A stretch of DNA of 64,000 bases, from the NCBI GenBank assembly GCA_037189525.1, contig JBBCJC010000001.1, forward strand, positions 800,001-864,000, written 5' to 3'. The position numbers were made by a program, and so were the translations under genes. Of the stretch, positions 36,935 to 47,900 are shown piece after piece (the stretch's first letter is position 1; each line of letters starts with the position of its first letter). This stretch comes from Gemmatimonadales bacterium (lineage in GTDB: Bacteria > Gemmatimonadota > Gemmatimonadetes > Gemmatimonadales > GWC2-71-9). The notes under the pieces are model-generated. The model made no database searches. It worked only from the letters and a program-made list of their open reading frames with translations, and was not told the origin of the DNA.

Positions 36935-37384
36935 TTACGAGGCCTGGGCCCACTTGCTCCGGCCATCGCGGTGCAGGCCATACGCCCGCAGCCGGCGCCA
37001 CAGCGTGGTCCGGCTGATCCCCAGGCTCTTGGCCGTCTCGGCCAGCCGCCATCCGTTGGCATCGAGGGAGCGAACGATCGCCTCTTTTTCTCGTTCGGCC
37101 AGCGTCTTGGGGCCGACGGTGCCGGGCAGGAACATGGCCTCGCCCAGATCGAGCGTACCGACTTTGAGCGGCTTGAGCCGAGCACCCAGTTCGGCCAGTT
37201 GCGGCATCAGTTCCCGCGAAGTCTGGCTGAAGTCGAGGCCCAAATCCCGGGCGTGCTCATTGGCATAGAGCACCTTTCCCTGGGTGTCGAAGACCACCAC
37301 GCCCTCGGCAAAAGCATCGAGCAATGTCTTCGCGAGGGGCGAGAACACCGAAGGCATTGGCGTAGAAGACGGGTTCGTCGTCAT
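36935..37384 (-). CDS. Small regulator with PAS-like N-terminus and Fis-type HTH
   Basis: LLDAFAEGVVVFDTQGKVLYAN (PAS start); LAEREKEAIVRSL...TAKSLGISRTTLWRRLRAYGL (HTH_8). Confidence 0.82.
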   Translation of the reverse strand: MTTNPSSTPMPSVFSPLAKTLLDAFAEGVVVFDTQGKVLYANEHARDLGLDFSQTSRELMPQLAELGARLKPLKVGTLDLGEAMFLPGTVGPKTLAEREKEAIVRSLDANGWRLAETAKSLGISRTTLWRRLRAYGLHRDGRSKWAQAS

Positions 37385-37506
37385 GGTTCAGATAACGTCG
37401 GCACGTTGCAAAAGGTTTCGAAAGTAGACGAGTCGACGCAAAAAATCCAAGCACGACCCGATCTGACATGACCGCAAATCTAGTCTATAGACGCCACGAA
37501 CGCCTC

Positions 37507-37534
37507 TTGACCGTCCGGTCAGTCTGGGTAGACT
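37507..37534 (+). promoter_or_regulatory. TetR promoter with palindromic operator
   Basis: TTGACC-N16-TAGACT overlapped by TGACCG-TC-CGGTCA (37508-37521). Confidence 0.6.
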
Positions 37535-37560
37535 ACAACCTAACCTCACCCGTCAACGCT

Positions 37561-38064
37561 ATGCGCAACAATATCATAAGTGCATCGGTCCGGACGCTGA
37601 GTAACGCTGGCCTCATGGGATGGTCGCTCCAGCAGGTGGCGACCGAAGCCGGATGCGCCAAAGGCCTGGTGATCCATTACTTCGGCACCAAGGCGTCACT
37701 TCTGCTCGAGACCGGCGACCGGATTGCGACCGTGAGGGCGCAGCGTCGCCTGCAGGCGGTCGGGACCCGGGGCACGGTCGGCATCGACCGTCTCTGGCAG
37801 GTCATCACCGAAGACACCGCCCTCGGCACTTCGGCCGCCGCCCTGGCCCTGGCGAGTCACGGCATTCCCAGCCGTCGGCCCGGCGACCCGGCCGAGCTGC
37901 ATGCGGCACTGGCGCGTTGCCTGGGGATTCCCGGGGATTCGCTGGCCGAGCCGCTGGCGCTGGCGGCCATGCTGGAAGGGATCGAATTGCAACTGGTCCG
38001 GGGCACGCCGGTTGGAGTGGTCCGGGCGGCTTTCGATCGGCTCTGGCTCACCCTGATCGAATAG
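37561..38064 (+). CDS. TetR/AcrR family transcriptional regulator
   Basis: WSLQQVATEAGCAKGLVIHYFGTKASLL HTH. Confidence 0.88.
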   Translation: MRNNIISASVRTLSNAGLMGWSLQQVATEAGCAKGLVIHYFGTKASLLLETGDRIATVRAQRRLQAVGTRGTVGIDRLWQVITEDTALGTSAAALALASHGIPSRRPGDPAELHAALARCLGIPGDSLAEPLALAAMLEGIELQLVRGTPVGVVRAAFDRLWLTLIE

Positions 38065-38138
38065 TCGGGGCCGCGCCGCCCTTATTAGGGACAGCCTGCT
38101 CTCCTGCATGACGACATGTCTATTTTATGACATTTTTT

Positions 38139-38231
38139 CGACAGATGAAGCACATCTGTCGTTGCGATCGACACATCTTTACAACGTGTCGATATTTTCA
38201 ATATATTTCGACATATCAGAGAAACATGTCG
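38139..38231. repeat. Three CGACA-N13-TGTCG inverted-repeat boxes
   Basis: Boxes at 38139-38161, 38169-38191 and 38209-38231 in an AT-rich patch upstream of fic. Confidence 0.9.
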
Positions 38232-38275
38232 AATCGCAGGACACTTCGTCACTCCGGAACTAGAGCTGAAACCCT

Positions 38276-39391
38276 GTGCCAACATTCGATCCTGCAAGGG
38301 CTTACAACGAACTACCTCCCCTCCCGCCGCAGATCGACCTGGAGAGTCGGGCCATCCTCAAGGCATGTATCGAAGCACGGGCAGCCATCGCCGAGCTCAA
38401 GCAGGCAGGACGACTGTTACCGAATCAGACCATTCTGATCAATACGATTCCGCTCCTCGAGGCTCGAGCGAGCTCGGAAATTGAGAACATCGTCACCACG
38501 ACCGACCGGCTCTTTCGATTTGCGCAGGCCGATCGTGAGGAGTTTGCCGATCCAGCCACCAAAGAAGCCCTTCGATACCGAACCGCCCTTCGGCAGGGCA
38601 TGGAATCGCTGAGCCGGAGACCCCTCGCCACGACCACCGCCGTCGAAGTCTGCCGCACACTACTCGCCACAGACTTGGATGTGCGCCGCCTCCCCGGCAC
38701 GGCCCTGGCCAACGAAGCTACCGGCGAGGTGGTTTATACCCCACCGGAGGGCGAGTCGCTGCTCCGCCAACTCCTGGGTAACTGGGAACGGTTCCTCCAC
38801 GAGGGAAAAAGCGTGGATCCGCTGATCCGTATGGCCGTGGCCCACTACCAGTTCGAAGCCATCCACCCTTTCACTGACGGCAACGGGCGCACCGGTAGAA
38901 TCCTCAACCTGCTATTTCTCATCGACCAGGGGCTTCTGGACCTTCCGGTGTTGTATCTGAGCCGCGCCATCATCCGGCGCAAGGCCGATTATTACAGGTT
39001 GCTGCTCGAGGTGACGGTGCGAGGCGCTTGGGAGGATTGGATCCTGTACCTGCTCCGCGCGGTCGATGAGACCGCCCGCTGGACCACCCAACGGATCGAG
39101 GCCATCTGCACACTGATGCAGGACACGATCGAGTACGTCCGGAACCAGGCGGAAAGCATCTATCGCCGAGAGCTGGTGGAACTCCTCTTTACTCAGCCGT
39201 ACTGTCGCATCAAGAACGTGGTCGACGCCGGCATCGCCCGGCGACAGACCGCCGCCAGCTATCTCAAACAGCTGGCCGATATCGGCGTGGTGGAAGAGAT
39301 CAAAGTCGGGCGCGACAAGCTATTCATCAACTCACGCTTGATGCGGATCCTGATGGATGGCACCCCCGGCGATCTCTCGTTCCCGGCCTAG
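38276..39391 (+). CDS. fic: Fic family protein adenylyltransferase (N-terminal inhibitory motif, C-terminal wHTH-like region)
   Basis: [12 protein letters not shown]ic motif; SSEIEN inhibitory motif; [16 protein letters not shown]-terminus. Confidence 0.93.
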   Translation: MPTFDPARAYNELPPLPPQIDLESRAILKACIEARAAIAELKQAGRLLPNQTILINTIPLLEARASSEIENIVTTTDRLFRFAQADREEFADPATKEALRYRTALRQGMESLSRRPLATTTAVEVCRTLLATDLDVRRLPGTALANEATGEVVYTPPEGESLLRQLLGNWERFLHEGKSVDPLIRMAVAHYQFEAIHPFTDGNGRTGRILNLLFLIDQGLLDLPVLYLSRAIIRRKADYYRLLLEVTVRGAWEDWILYLLRAVDETARWTTQRIEAICTLMQDTIEYVRNQAESIYRRELVELLFTQPYCRIKNVVDAGIARRQTAASYLKQLADIGVVEEIKVGRDKLFINSRLMRILMDGTPGDLSFPA

Positions 39392-39433
39392 ACCGAACCG
39401 CATCGACACCATCGGTCGCGCGAGGCGATTCAC

Positions 39434-40288
39434 GTGACGCACTTCGTCTATTCCGAGCATCGGATGGATTCGCCCACTCGGGAGCTGGCTCACGGCGCGT
39501 GGTGTATGGAAGCATCCCATTGCACGGCGGCCGTCGAGGCGGCGCTGCCCGACGGCGCCGTCAATCTGTACCTCAATCTCGGTGACGGCGGCCGGCGTCT
39601 GTTCCAGCCATGGGAGACTGACGCCGCGGTGTCGCCCAGGGCCGCGTGGGTCGTGGGTCCCCGATCGCGGACCATTCTCATTGCCAAAGAACTTCGCAAC
39701 TGTAACATCGTGGGCATCAAATTCCATCCGGGCATGGCGCAGGTCGTGCTCGGTGTGCGCGCCGACCAGCTGACGGAGCACCTCGTCGACCTCGATGCCT
39801 GCTGGGGTCGCAGTCGGGTCGAGCGCATGCGCGATCGGCTCGCATCAGCTCCGTCACACCCGATGCGGTTCGCGATCGTCGAGCAGGAGCTTCGGAACGT
39901 CACAGCGCAATGGCATACCCGACACCGCACGTGGCATCGGGCCGTCCATCACGCATGCCTGCGAAACGCCGCCGGGACGGTGCGGGAGCTCGCGGCGGCC
40001 GCCGGGCTCACGTCTCGCGCCACCATCGCGTACTTCCGCGAGCACGTCGGCCTGACCCCGAAAACATTCCTGCGCGTCGCGCGGCTCCGGAGAGTGATCC
40101 GCGCCATTCATACCGGACGATGTATCTCCTGGACACGGGTAGCGCTCGATGCCGGGTACTTCGACCAGTCCCACTTCATCCACGACTTCCGCCGGCTCAC
40201 CGGATTCAGTCCGGCCGAGTACGAGTTGCGCCGGATGGGGGTGGGAGAAGGCTTCGTACGGTACCGGGCGGCGACCGTCGACCCCTGA
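39434..40288 (+). CDS. AraC family transcriptional regulator
   Basis: LPDG N-terminal motif; FREHVGLTPK; ALDAGYFDQSHFIHDFRRLTGFSP. Confidence 0.9.
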   Translation: MTHFVYSEHRMDSPTRELAHGAWCMEASHCTAAVEAALPDGAVNLYLNLGDGGRRLFQPWETDAAVSPRAAWVVGPRSRTILIAKELRNCNIVGIKFHPGMAQVVLGVRADQLTEHLVDLDACWGRSRVERMRDRLASAPSHPMRFAIVEQELRNVTAQWHTRHRTWHRAVHHACLRNAAGTVRELAAAAGLTSRATIAYFREHVGLTPKTFLRVARLRRVIRAIHTGRCISWTRVALDAGYFDQSHFIHDFRRLTGFSPAEYELRRMGVGEGFVRYRAATVDP

Positions 40289-40334
40289 CAAAAAAGTACA
40301 AGCGCGCGATCGAGCCATTCGCTACGCATGAGGG

Positions 40335-41408
40335 ATGCGAAACTCCCCCGGACGCAGGACCCTGACCGCCACCGCGCTCGGCGCAGCGCTTCTGACGACG
40401 GGCTCGGCGGGCGCCCCGCTCCTCGTGCCGCGGGACGCGGCCCAGACACCCGCCCTCGTTTTCCTCAACATCATCGCGTTCGACTCCGACCGCGATGGCG
40501 GCGAGGAGGTCTATGTGATGGATGCGGACGGCACGGATCCACGGCAACTGACCCGCTCACAATACGCCAACGCCTGGCCACAGTGGTCGCCGGACGATTC
40601 GCGCATCGTCTTCTCGTCGACGCGCGACGGCGATTGGGAGATCTACACGATGGCGGCCGACGGCTCCGATGCCCGGCGACTGACCTACAGCCCGGGTCGC
40701 GATGCGCATCCGGCGTGGCTCGGCCCGAGTCGGATCGTGTTCCAATCGCCGCGGCATTCCGCCGACGCGAGCGAAGTGGACCTCTTCACGATGAACACCG
40801 ACGGGCTGCGCCAGCAGCGGTTGCTCGCGACGCCGGGATTCGACGGCGTGGCCGTCCCGTCGCCGGATCACCGATGGATCGCCTTCCAACGTGGCGTGCC
40901 CGACCTGCGCCGTCCTTCGGAGCAAGCGTACCGGTGGGAGCTCTTTCTGGTCGATTCATCCGGCATGAATGAGCGAAGACTCACACAGGGCCCCTGGAGC
41001 AGCCAGGTACCCAGCTGGAGCCCGGATGGTACACGCCTCGCGTTCCATTCCGATTCCACGGGGCGTGATCAGCTGTACCTCCTGGAGCTGGCGACCGGCG
41101 GGACGACATCGCTCACCACCAGCACGGGAAGCGACCACGCGCCAAGCTTCTCACCCGACGGCCTGTACGTGGCATTCACGTCCGACCGCGACGGGTCGAT
41201 GGACCTGTACGTGCTCCGCATCGCCGACGGGACGGTGCGGCGTCTCACACACGATCTCATCACGCGGTCCCAGCCTTCATGGAGTCGCAACGGCCGGCGC
41301 ATCCTTTTCTCCGGTGCCGGGACCGGTGTCGATGAAGTCTATGTCATCAACCTCGACGGGACCGGCCTTGCCCGGCTGACAACCGGTACCGAGGGGATAC
41401 GGCCGTAA
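40335..41408 (+). CDS. TolB-like PD40 beta-propeller exported protein
   Basis: Repeated P-x-WSPDG-xx-I-x-F-x-S-x-R-DG...IYxMxADG units; signal-like N-terminus. Confidence 0.88.
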   Translation: MRNSPGRRTLTATALGAALLTTGSAGAPLLVPRDAAQTPALVFLNIIAFDSDRDGGEEVYVMDADGTDPRQLTRSQYANAWPQWSPDDSRIVFSSTRDGDWEIYTMAADGSDARRLTYSPGRDAHPAWLGPSRIVFQSPRHSADASEVDLFTMNTDGLRQQRLLATPGFDGVAVPSPDHRWIAFQRGVPDLRRPSEQAYRWELFLVDSSGMNERRLTQGPWSSQVPSWSPDGTRLAFHSDSTGRDQLYLLELATGGTTSLTTSTGSDHAPSFSPDGLYVAFTSDRDGSMDLYVLRIADGTVRRLTHDLITRSQPSWSRNGRRILFSGAGTGVDEVYVINLDGTGLARLTTGTEGIRP

Positions 41409-41422
41409 CCAGGTCTAACGGC

Positions 41423-41453
41423 ACGAGGGCGGGCCAACCTGGCCCGCCCTCGT
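41423..41453. terminator. Hairpin between convergent genes
   Basis: ACGAGGGCGGGCC-AACCT-GGCCCGCCCTCGT, a perfect 13-bp stem with no strong U tract. Confidence 0.65.
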
Positions 41454-41461
41454 CAATTGCC

Positions 41462-44400
41462 TCAGCGAATTCCCGCGGTGGCGGTCGGCGGACCGCCGTC
41501 CCACCACGTGCCGGCCCGAGGACGAGTCCTCGGATACGTTTCCCGCAGCGAGTCACCGTCGTACAACCGGCCGTTCTTCATGACATACCGGATCGTGTTG
41601 GTGTTCCGGATGTTCTCGAGCGGGTTGGCGTCGAGCACCAGGATATCCGCCATCTTGCCTGGCTCCAGGCTGCCGACATCCTCGCCCAGACCGACGGCCT
41701 CGGCGCCGTAGATGGTGGCCACCCGAAGGGCGTCATGGTTCGACATCCCGCCCGACGCCATGGCCCAGAGCTCCCAGTGATTGCCGATGCCCTGGATCTG
41801 CCCATGCGCACCGATCGCGACCCGCGCGCCGCCCTCGATCATTTTCTTCGAGAACTCGGCGTGCCGCGAGAAGACATACTCGTCGGGGTGGAACCAACCG
41901 CCCTGCTGATAGTTGGTCCCGCCACGCCGCAGCGCGCGCTGCTGGATCTGACCCTTCGGCATGAAGGTCGCCAGCTTCTTGTTGCCAATCACGTCTTCGT
42001 TCGTGTAGAAATACTCCTCACCAAACGGGCCGCCGTACGACACGAGGAGCGTCGGCGCGTTGGTGGTCTGGCTCGCCTTGAAGAGTTCCACCACGTCTTC
42101 ATAGATGGGCAGAATCGGCAAAGCGTGCTCGACGCCGGGGTAGCCGTCGAGCGCGTGCGTGATATCGAGTTTATAGTCGAGCCCGCCCTCGGTGGTCGGC
42201 ATGATACCGAATTCCTTGGCGGCCATGATGATCCATTGCCGCTGCTGGCGGTTACCCGACATGTACATCTTGAGGGTCTGGGTGCCCCAGTAGTCGCTGT
42301 AGCGCTTGAGGACGCGCTTGGCGTCTTCGAGACTGTTCATCGGCTCGTTATTGGGGAGACCGACGCCGGGGCCGGTCGAAAAGATCCGGGGCCCGATCAG
42401 ATCGCCCGTTTCGACCCGGTCCTGATAGCTCACGATGTCGCTGACCGCGGTCTGCGGATCGCGCGTCGTGGTCACGCCGTACGCCAGGGTCGTGAGGTAC
42501 TGCCAGACCTGGCCCGGGTGAATTTCAGGAATCAGCCACTGGGCATGGTAGTGGACGTCGACCATACCCGGCATCACGGTCTTACCCGACACATCGATGA
42601 TGCGCGCGCCCGACGGCACCGGTACGGAGCCCCGAGGTCCGACGGCAACAATGCGGTTGTTGCGCACCACAACATCGGCGTTCTCGATGATCTCCTTGCC
42701 CTTCATGGTGATGGCGCGGCCGCCGCGCAGCACGGCGGTCCCGGTCGGCAGATCACGCCGAACCTCGACCTTGATCCGCAGTTCGTCCGGCCGGTAACCG
42801 GGTTTGACCGGAGGCGTCTTGGCCTTGGTGGTATCCTTGGCTGCCGCCGAGTCCTGAGCCGGCGGTTTGGGCTTGGTGGTATCGGCCGCGGCCTTCCGGA
42901 CACTGTCGACCTTGGCGCGCTCGACCGCCTTGAGGCTGTCGGTCACGACTTTGGCGCGATCCAGGTTATAGCTGAAGAGCGCATTGCCGAGCGTGAAATA
43001 GACGGTCCGACCGTCGGCCGACCAGGAGGGGGATTCGCCACCGATATCCGACAACTTCTTGGTGGGCACCGAACCGCCCATCGCGACGTTGACCGTCGGC
43101 ACCGCGCCGCCCACGACGGGTACGACCGCGTGGTACACATCGGTGTTGATCTGCGCAATCGCCTCGCCGCCCGTAGGCGACATCAGCACCACACCGGCCG
43201 GCGTCGGCGTCGGATTGGGCTCCGTGGGCCCGTCCAGATGCGTCCCGCCCTTGTTGGAGACGTTGAGCACATCCGCGGCAAGCGGCGTCACCCGGCGCGG
43301 CAGGAAGGTCGGACTTTCATGCCCTGCATCGAAGGCGCTCGCATAAAACGGCATCGGCCCGACGATACGAACGTGCTGCTTGACGTCGGTACCGTCCCAA
43401 CGGAACGAGACCAGTCCCTCGAACGGATGCGACGCATAGATCCGATCGGGCTGGCTGCGCACGAAATGGGCAACGTCCCGGCCCGCCGTCGGCGCGATAA
43501 CCGTGACGTCACCTCCCGCCGTCGGGACCCAGACGAAATCGCCGCCCAGGACCCCGCCGCCATGTCCGGTCGCATCGATCAGGTCGCGCGCCGCCTGGCG
43601 GGTCGCCACGATTCGGCTGCCGTCCGGCGAAAAGACGGGGTTGGTATAGAGCGCCGACACCCGGGTCGCCGCAACCGGCCGGGCATTCCGCGCGCCGAGG
43701 GCGAGCATCATGATCTGCCCACCTGCCGCATCGCCCCAGGTAATCCAGGCCAGCGTCTTGCCGTCGGCCGACCAGGTCGGCTGGAACTCACCGACGTCGG
43801 CCGCACTGACGCGACGGGGCGTGCCGTTGGGCAGATCCATCAGGTAGAGACGGCTCAAGGCCACGAACGCCAGCTGCTTCCCGTCTGGCGACACAGCCGG
43901 ATTCCGGATCTGCCGTGCCGTGAAGGTCGCCGTCGTGTCCATCCGATAGACGAACTTCACTTCGGGACCGACATCGAGCTTCACATCGGCGCTGAAGGGG
44001 ATCTTGGACGGCCCGCTCTTGTCGACCGGCACCCGCCAGATCTCGCCGCCGTAGGAAATCACCACGGCCCGCGAGTCGGGCGTAAAGGCATAACCGGGCA
44101 GCGCATCGAGCGTGGCCCGCGCCTCCATGTCATCGCGCTGAATCGGATAGACCAGCCAGTCTTCGTCGCCGGTGGCCAGATTGCGGAGCCGGAGCCCGGT
44201 CTGGGTCTCGTGACGCGAGGCATAGGTCAGCCACTTGCCGTCGGGTGACACCTGCGGACGTACCGCCGAGCCGTAACGACCGCTCATCGGGTTCAGGGTG
44301 CCGTCGTCCCGATCGTAGTAGCCGATCTGATACTGCGGGAAGATGGCGTTATAGTGCCAGTCGCCGCTGCGCGCCGCAAACCAGACCCGGCGGCCATCGG

Positions 44401-44989
44401 GCGCGAACGAGGCGCCGATGGTTTTGAGCTGGGCATTCTGCGGCGTGGGCGGAATGAGGGGCAAGCCGGCGCCCCCGTCGACGTGGAAGAGCATCAACTT
44501 GGCCGTGGGGAAGGTGCCGCTACCACGGCTCACCGCCACGTACTTACCGTCGGGCGAGAACGTCGGGGAGATGTACTGGAAGTTGTTCCCCTGGGTCAGT
44601 TGGGTAGTGTCCTTCTTGTCGAGGGAGATGATCCAGACGTTGTCGCCCCCGCTCCGATCGGACGTGAACACCACTTTCTTCCCGTCCGGGCTGAAACGCG
44701 GTTGCGCATCGTACGCCAGCCCGGTCGTGAGCGGGGTCGCCTTACCGCCATCGATCGGCATGGTATAGAGGTCGCCCAGCAGATCGAAGACGATGGTCCG
44801 ACCGTCCGGACTCACGTCGAGCGACATCCAGGTGCCGCGCGTCGCCGTGAACTCGGCTTTGCGGGCTGCGTCGAGCGGCAGCGGTTTGGCCGGCGGCCCG
44901 CCCGGGGCGCCGGGGGCCTGGGCCGAGAGGGTCGGCGCGGTTCCGACCAACGCGGCAAGCGCCGCGGCAACTACGATCGATTTCGTCAT
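41462..44989 (-). CDS. Secreted amidohydrolase with N-terminal PD40/TolB beta-propellers (paralog 2)
   Basis: WMSLDVSPDG, PD40 repeats, PGMVDVHYH, GVTTTRDP, GSLEPGKMADILVL. Confidence 0.9.
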   Translation of the reverse strand: MTKSIVVAAALAALVGTAPTLSAQAPGAPGGPPAKPLPLDAARKAEFTATRGTWMSLDVSPDGRTIVFDLLGDLYTMPIDGGKATPLTTGLAYDAQPRFSPDGKKVVFTSDRSGGDNVWIISLDKKDTTQLTQGNNFQYISPTFSPDGKYVAVSRGSGTFPTAKLMLFHVDGGAGLPLIPPTPQNAQLKTIGASFAPDGRRVWFAARSGDWHYNAIFPQYQIGYYDRDDGTLNPMSGRYGSAVRPQVSPDGKWLTYASRHETQTGLRLRNLATGDEDWLVYPIQRDDMEARATLDALPGYAFTPDSRAVVISYGGEIWRVPVDKSGPSKIPFSADVKLDVGPEVKFVYRMDTTATFTARQIRNPAVSPDGKQLAFVALSRLYLMDLPNGTPRRVSAADVGEFQPTWSADGKTLAWITWGDAAGGQIMMLALGARNARPVAATRVSALYTNPVFSPDGSRIVATRQAARDLIDATGHGGGVLGGDFVWVPTAGGDVTVIAPTAGRDVAHFVRSQPDRIYASHPFEGLVSFRWDGTDVKQHVRIVGPMPFYASAFDAGHESPTFLPRRVTPLAADVLNVSNKGGTHLDGPTEPNPTPTPAGVVLMSPTGGEAIAQINTDVYHAVVPVVGGAVPTVNVAMGGSVPTKKLSDIGGESPSWSADGRTVYFTLGNALFSYNLDRAKVVTDSLKAVERAKVDSVRKAAADTTKPKPPAQDSAAAKDTTKAKTPPVKPGYRPDELRIKVEVRRDLPTGTAVLRGGRAITMKGKEIIENADVVVRNNRIVAVGPRGSVPVPSGARIIDVSGKTVMPGMVDVHYHAQWLIPEIHPGQVWQYLTTLAYGVTTTRDPQTAVSDIVSYQDRVETGDLIGPRIFSTGPGVGLPNNEPMNSLEDAKRVLKRYSDYWGTQTLKMYMSGNRQQRQWIIMAAKEFGIMPTTEGGLDYKLDITHALDGYPGVEHALPILPIYEDVVELFKASQTTNAPTLLVSYGGPFGEEYFYTNEDVIGNKKLATFMPKGQIQQRALRRGGTNYQQGGWFHPDEYVFSRHAEFSKKMIEGGARVAIGAHGQIQGIGNHWELWAMASGGMSNHDALRVATIYGAEAVGLGEDVGSLEPGKMADILVLDANPLENIRNTNTIRYVMKNGRLYDGDSLRETYPRTRPRAGTWWDGGPPTATAGIR

Positions 44990-44997
44990 GGCCCGCC

Positions 44998-47900
44998 TCA
45001 CCGGATTCCCGACGTCACGGCCGGAGCCGTCCGTCGCCACGGTTCATCTGCCGCCGCCTGCTGACGAGGCCAGATCTCATTCATCGTGTCACCCTCATAG
45101 AGCCGTCCATTCTTCATCACGAATCGGACGGAGTTGCTGTTACGAATGTCGTCGAGCGGGTTCCGGTCGAGCACCACGAGGTCGGCCAGCTTGCCGGCCT
45201 CGATCGAGCCGAGATCGCGCCCCAATCCGATGGCGCGAGCCCCGCAGATGGTGGCAATCCGGAGCGCATCATGATTCTTCATGCCGCCGCTCTGCACTGC
45301 CCACAGTTCCCAGTGATATCCCAGGCCCTGCAACTGTCCGTGGCTGCCGACCCCGCTGCAGCCTCCCGCCTCGATCAGGCGTTTGCCGAACTCGGCGTGC
45401 TTGCGGAACATGTACTCCGACTCGTGCGCCCAGCCGGTCGGCCCGGGGCCCGGGTTCCGGCGACGGATCTTGGCATCCAGTTCCTCGGGCGGCGTAAAGT
45501 GGCGCAGCTTCCGATCGCCCATGGTGTTTTCCCGGGTGTAGAAGTAATTCTCCGCCCAGGGGCCGCCGTAGGTTACCAGCAGCGTCGGGCTGTTGACCGT
45601 GCCCGATGCCTTGAACAGCTGGATCACGTCGTCATAGATCGGATAGATCGGCAAAGTGTGCTCGATGCCGGGATACCCGTCGATGGCGTGGGTCATGTTG
45701 AGCCCGAACTGCAGGCCGCCTTCCGTCGTCGGCATCAGCTTGAGTTCCTGCGACGCCATGATCAAATGCTGGCGTGCCTGCCGATTGCCGGCGATATACA
45801 TCTTGAACGTCTTGGTATCCCAATACTCGCTGTACCGCTTGAGCACGTCGCGGGCCCGCTGCAACGAGGTAATCCGGTGAGCGCCGAAGACGCCGGGGCC
45901 GGTCGAGTACACCCGCGGACCGTTCATCAGACCGGCATCGACCCGGTCCTGGTAGCTCAGCACGTCCGTGGTGCTGGTCTGCGGATCGCGCGTCGTGGTG
46001 ACCCCGTAGGCCAGGTTGATATCGTACTGCCAGTTCCGCTGCCAGTGGATGCCCCACGCGGGCCACATGTGGGCGTGGGTATCGACGAATCCGGGGATGA
46101 TCGTCTTGCCGCTGACGTCGACGACCCGCGCATCGGCCGGCGCGCTTCCCGCAGGACCGACACTGACGATCCGGTTGTTGCGGACGACCACGTCGCCGCG
46201 CTCGATGATCTCGTCGCCCCGCATGGTGACGACACGCCCGCCGCGCAGAACGACCGTGCCCTGCGGAACGTCGCGATCGACGCTGACCCGAATCCGCCGC
46301 TCGACGGGACGATACTGATGCTGGAACCGGATCGTGGTGTCCGCTCCGGCCGCAATCAGACTGTCGTCGACCGCGAGTCCGCGCTGCACGTCGTAGGAGA
46401 CGAACGCGTTGCCGATCGACCAGTGTACCGTCCGTCCATCGGCGCTCCAGACGGGGAATTCACCGCCGATGTCCGTCAGGCGGAGGATCCGCACCGCCGC
46501 GCTGTCCGGCTTGGCGACCGACACCGTCGGAACCACGCCGCCGATCTGCGGCACCCGGATCAGGTAGACATCCTGGCCGAACGCAGCGAGCGCGAGGTCG
46601 CCGCGCGGCGCCATCAGAATCGCATCGGCACGCGGTCCGACGACGGTCGGTTCCCGCGCATCGGCGAAGTTGGGCGGCAGGACATGACTGTGTTCATCGC
46701 GCGGCGCAAACGGGGCCTGGTACTCCGGACCGTTCCCGGGCGAGACGAAGCCGACCGGCAGCGGTCCGGTTGCCTGGAGGTGCTGCCGGAGATCGGTGCC
46801 ATCCCAGCGCATCGACGAGAGCGCGGCCGTGAACGACACCGGCGGCTGGCCGGGAGGCGGCGGGAAGAACCCGTAGAGATAGATGCGGCCGGTATCGGCC
46901 GTGAAATGCGGCAGTCGAAGATTGCCATTGGTCGACCGGATCACGGTGGCTTCACCGCCGGACGCTGGAACCCAGACGAACTCCGCGCCGAGCCCGTCAC
47001 CGACGGACGGGCCGACCTGTTCGACGAGATTCCGGCGCTCGGCGCGGACGGCCACGACCCGGCGGCCATCCGGCGAAAAGGCTGGCGTTTGCCAGTACGC
47101 GCTCTCGGCATTGAGCCGAGTCGGCTGACCACCGGCCAGATCGAGACGCATCAGGGCGCCGTCGCGACCGTCCCAGGTCACATACGCGAGCGCGCTGCCG
47201 TCCGGCGACCAGGCCGGGTAGTACTCGCCGACATCGCTGGTGGTCACCCGGCGCGGCGTGCCGTCCGGCAGGTCCGCGACATAAAGACGGTCAAGCGCGG
47301 TGAACGCCACGCGCCGGCCATCGGGCGACGGCACCGCGTTCCGGATCTGGCGCACCGTGAACGTCGGGGTGTCCTCGATCGGATACTCGAACGCCACCTG
47401 CGGACCGATCGCCACTTCGGCATCGACGCTGAACGGAATCTTGGCCGGCGCGGTGCCGTCGACCGGCACGCGCCAGATCTCGCCGCCGTACGAGAGCACC
47501 ACGGCGCGGGAATCCGGGGTGAAGGCGTAACCAGGCAGCGCGTCGTGATCGGGAATCGCTTCGATGTTGTCGCGCTGAATCGGGAAGGCCAGCCAGCGTT
47601 CGACGCCGGTAGCCAGTTCGCGAATCCGGAGCCCGGTCTGCTGCCCGTCGCGGCTGCCATAGGTCAGCCACTTCCCGTCGGGCGACACGGCGGGACGAAT
47701 AGCCGAGCCGAGCCGGCTCGACAGCGTCGTGGTGGTGCCCGCCTGGCGATCGTAGACGCCGATCTGGAACTGCGGCATGGCGGCGTTGTACTGCCAGATC
47801 CCCTGACGCGCGGCGTAATAGATGTAGCGGCCATCGGGCGACGGCGCTGCACCGAAATACGCCAGCGGGCCTGGCGCGCGGGTCAGCTGCAATCCGGAGC

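Noticed and set aside
38139..38231. Resolvase res site or transposon end
   Set aside because: No recombinase or transposase is nearby, and the three boxes have equal spacers, unlike typical res subsites.
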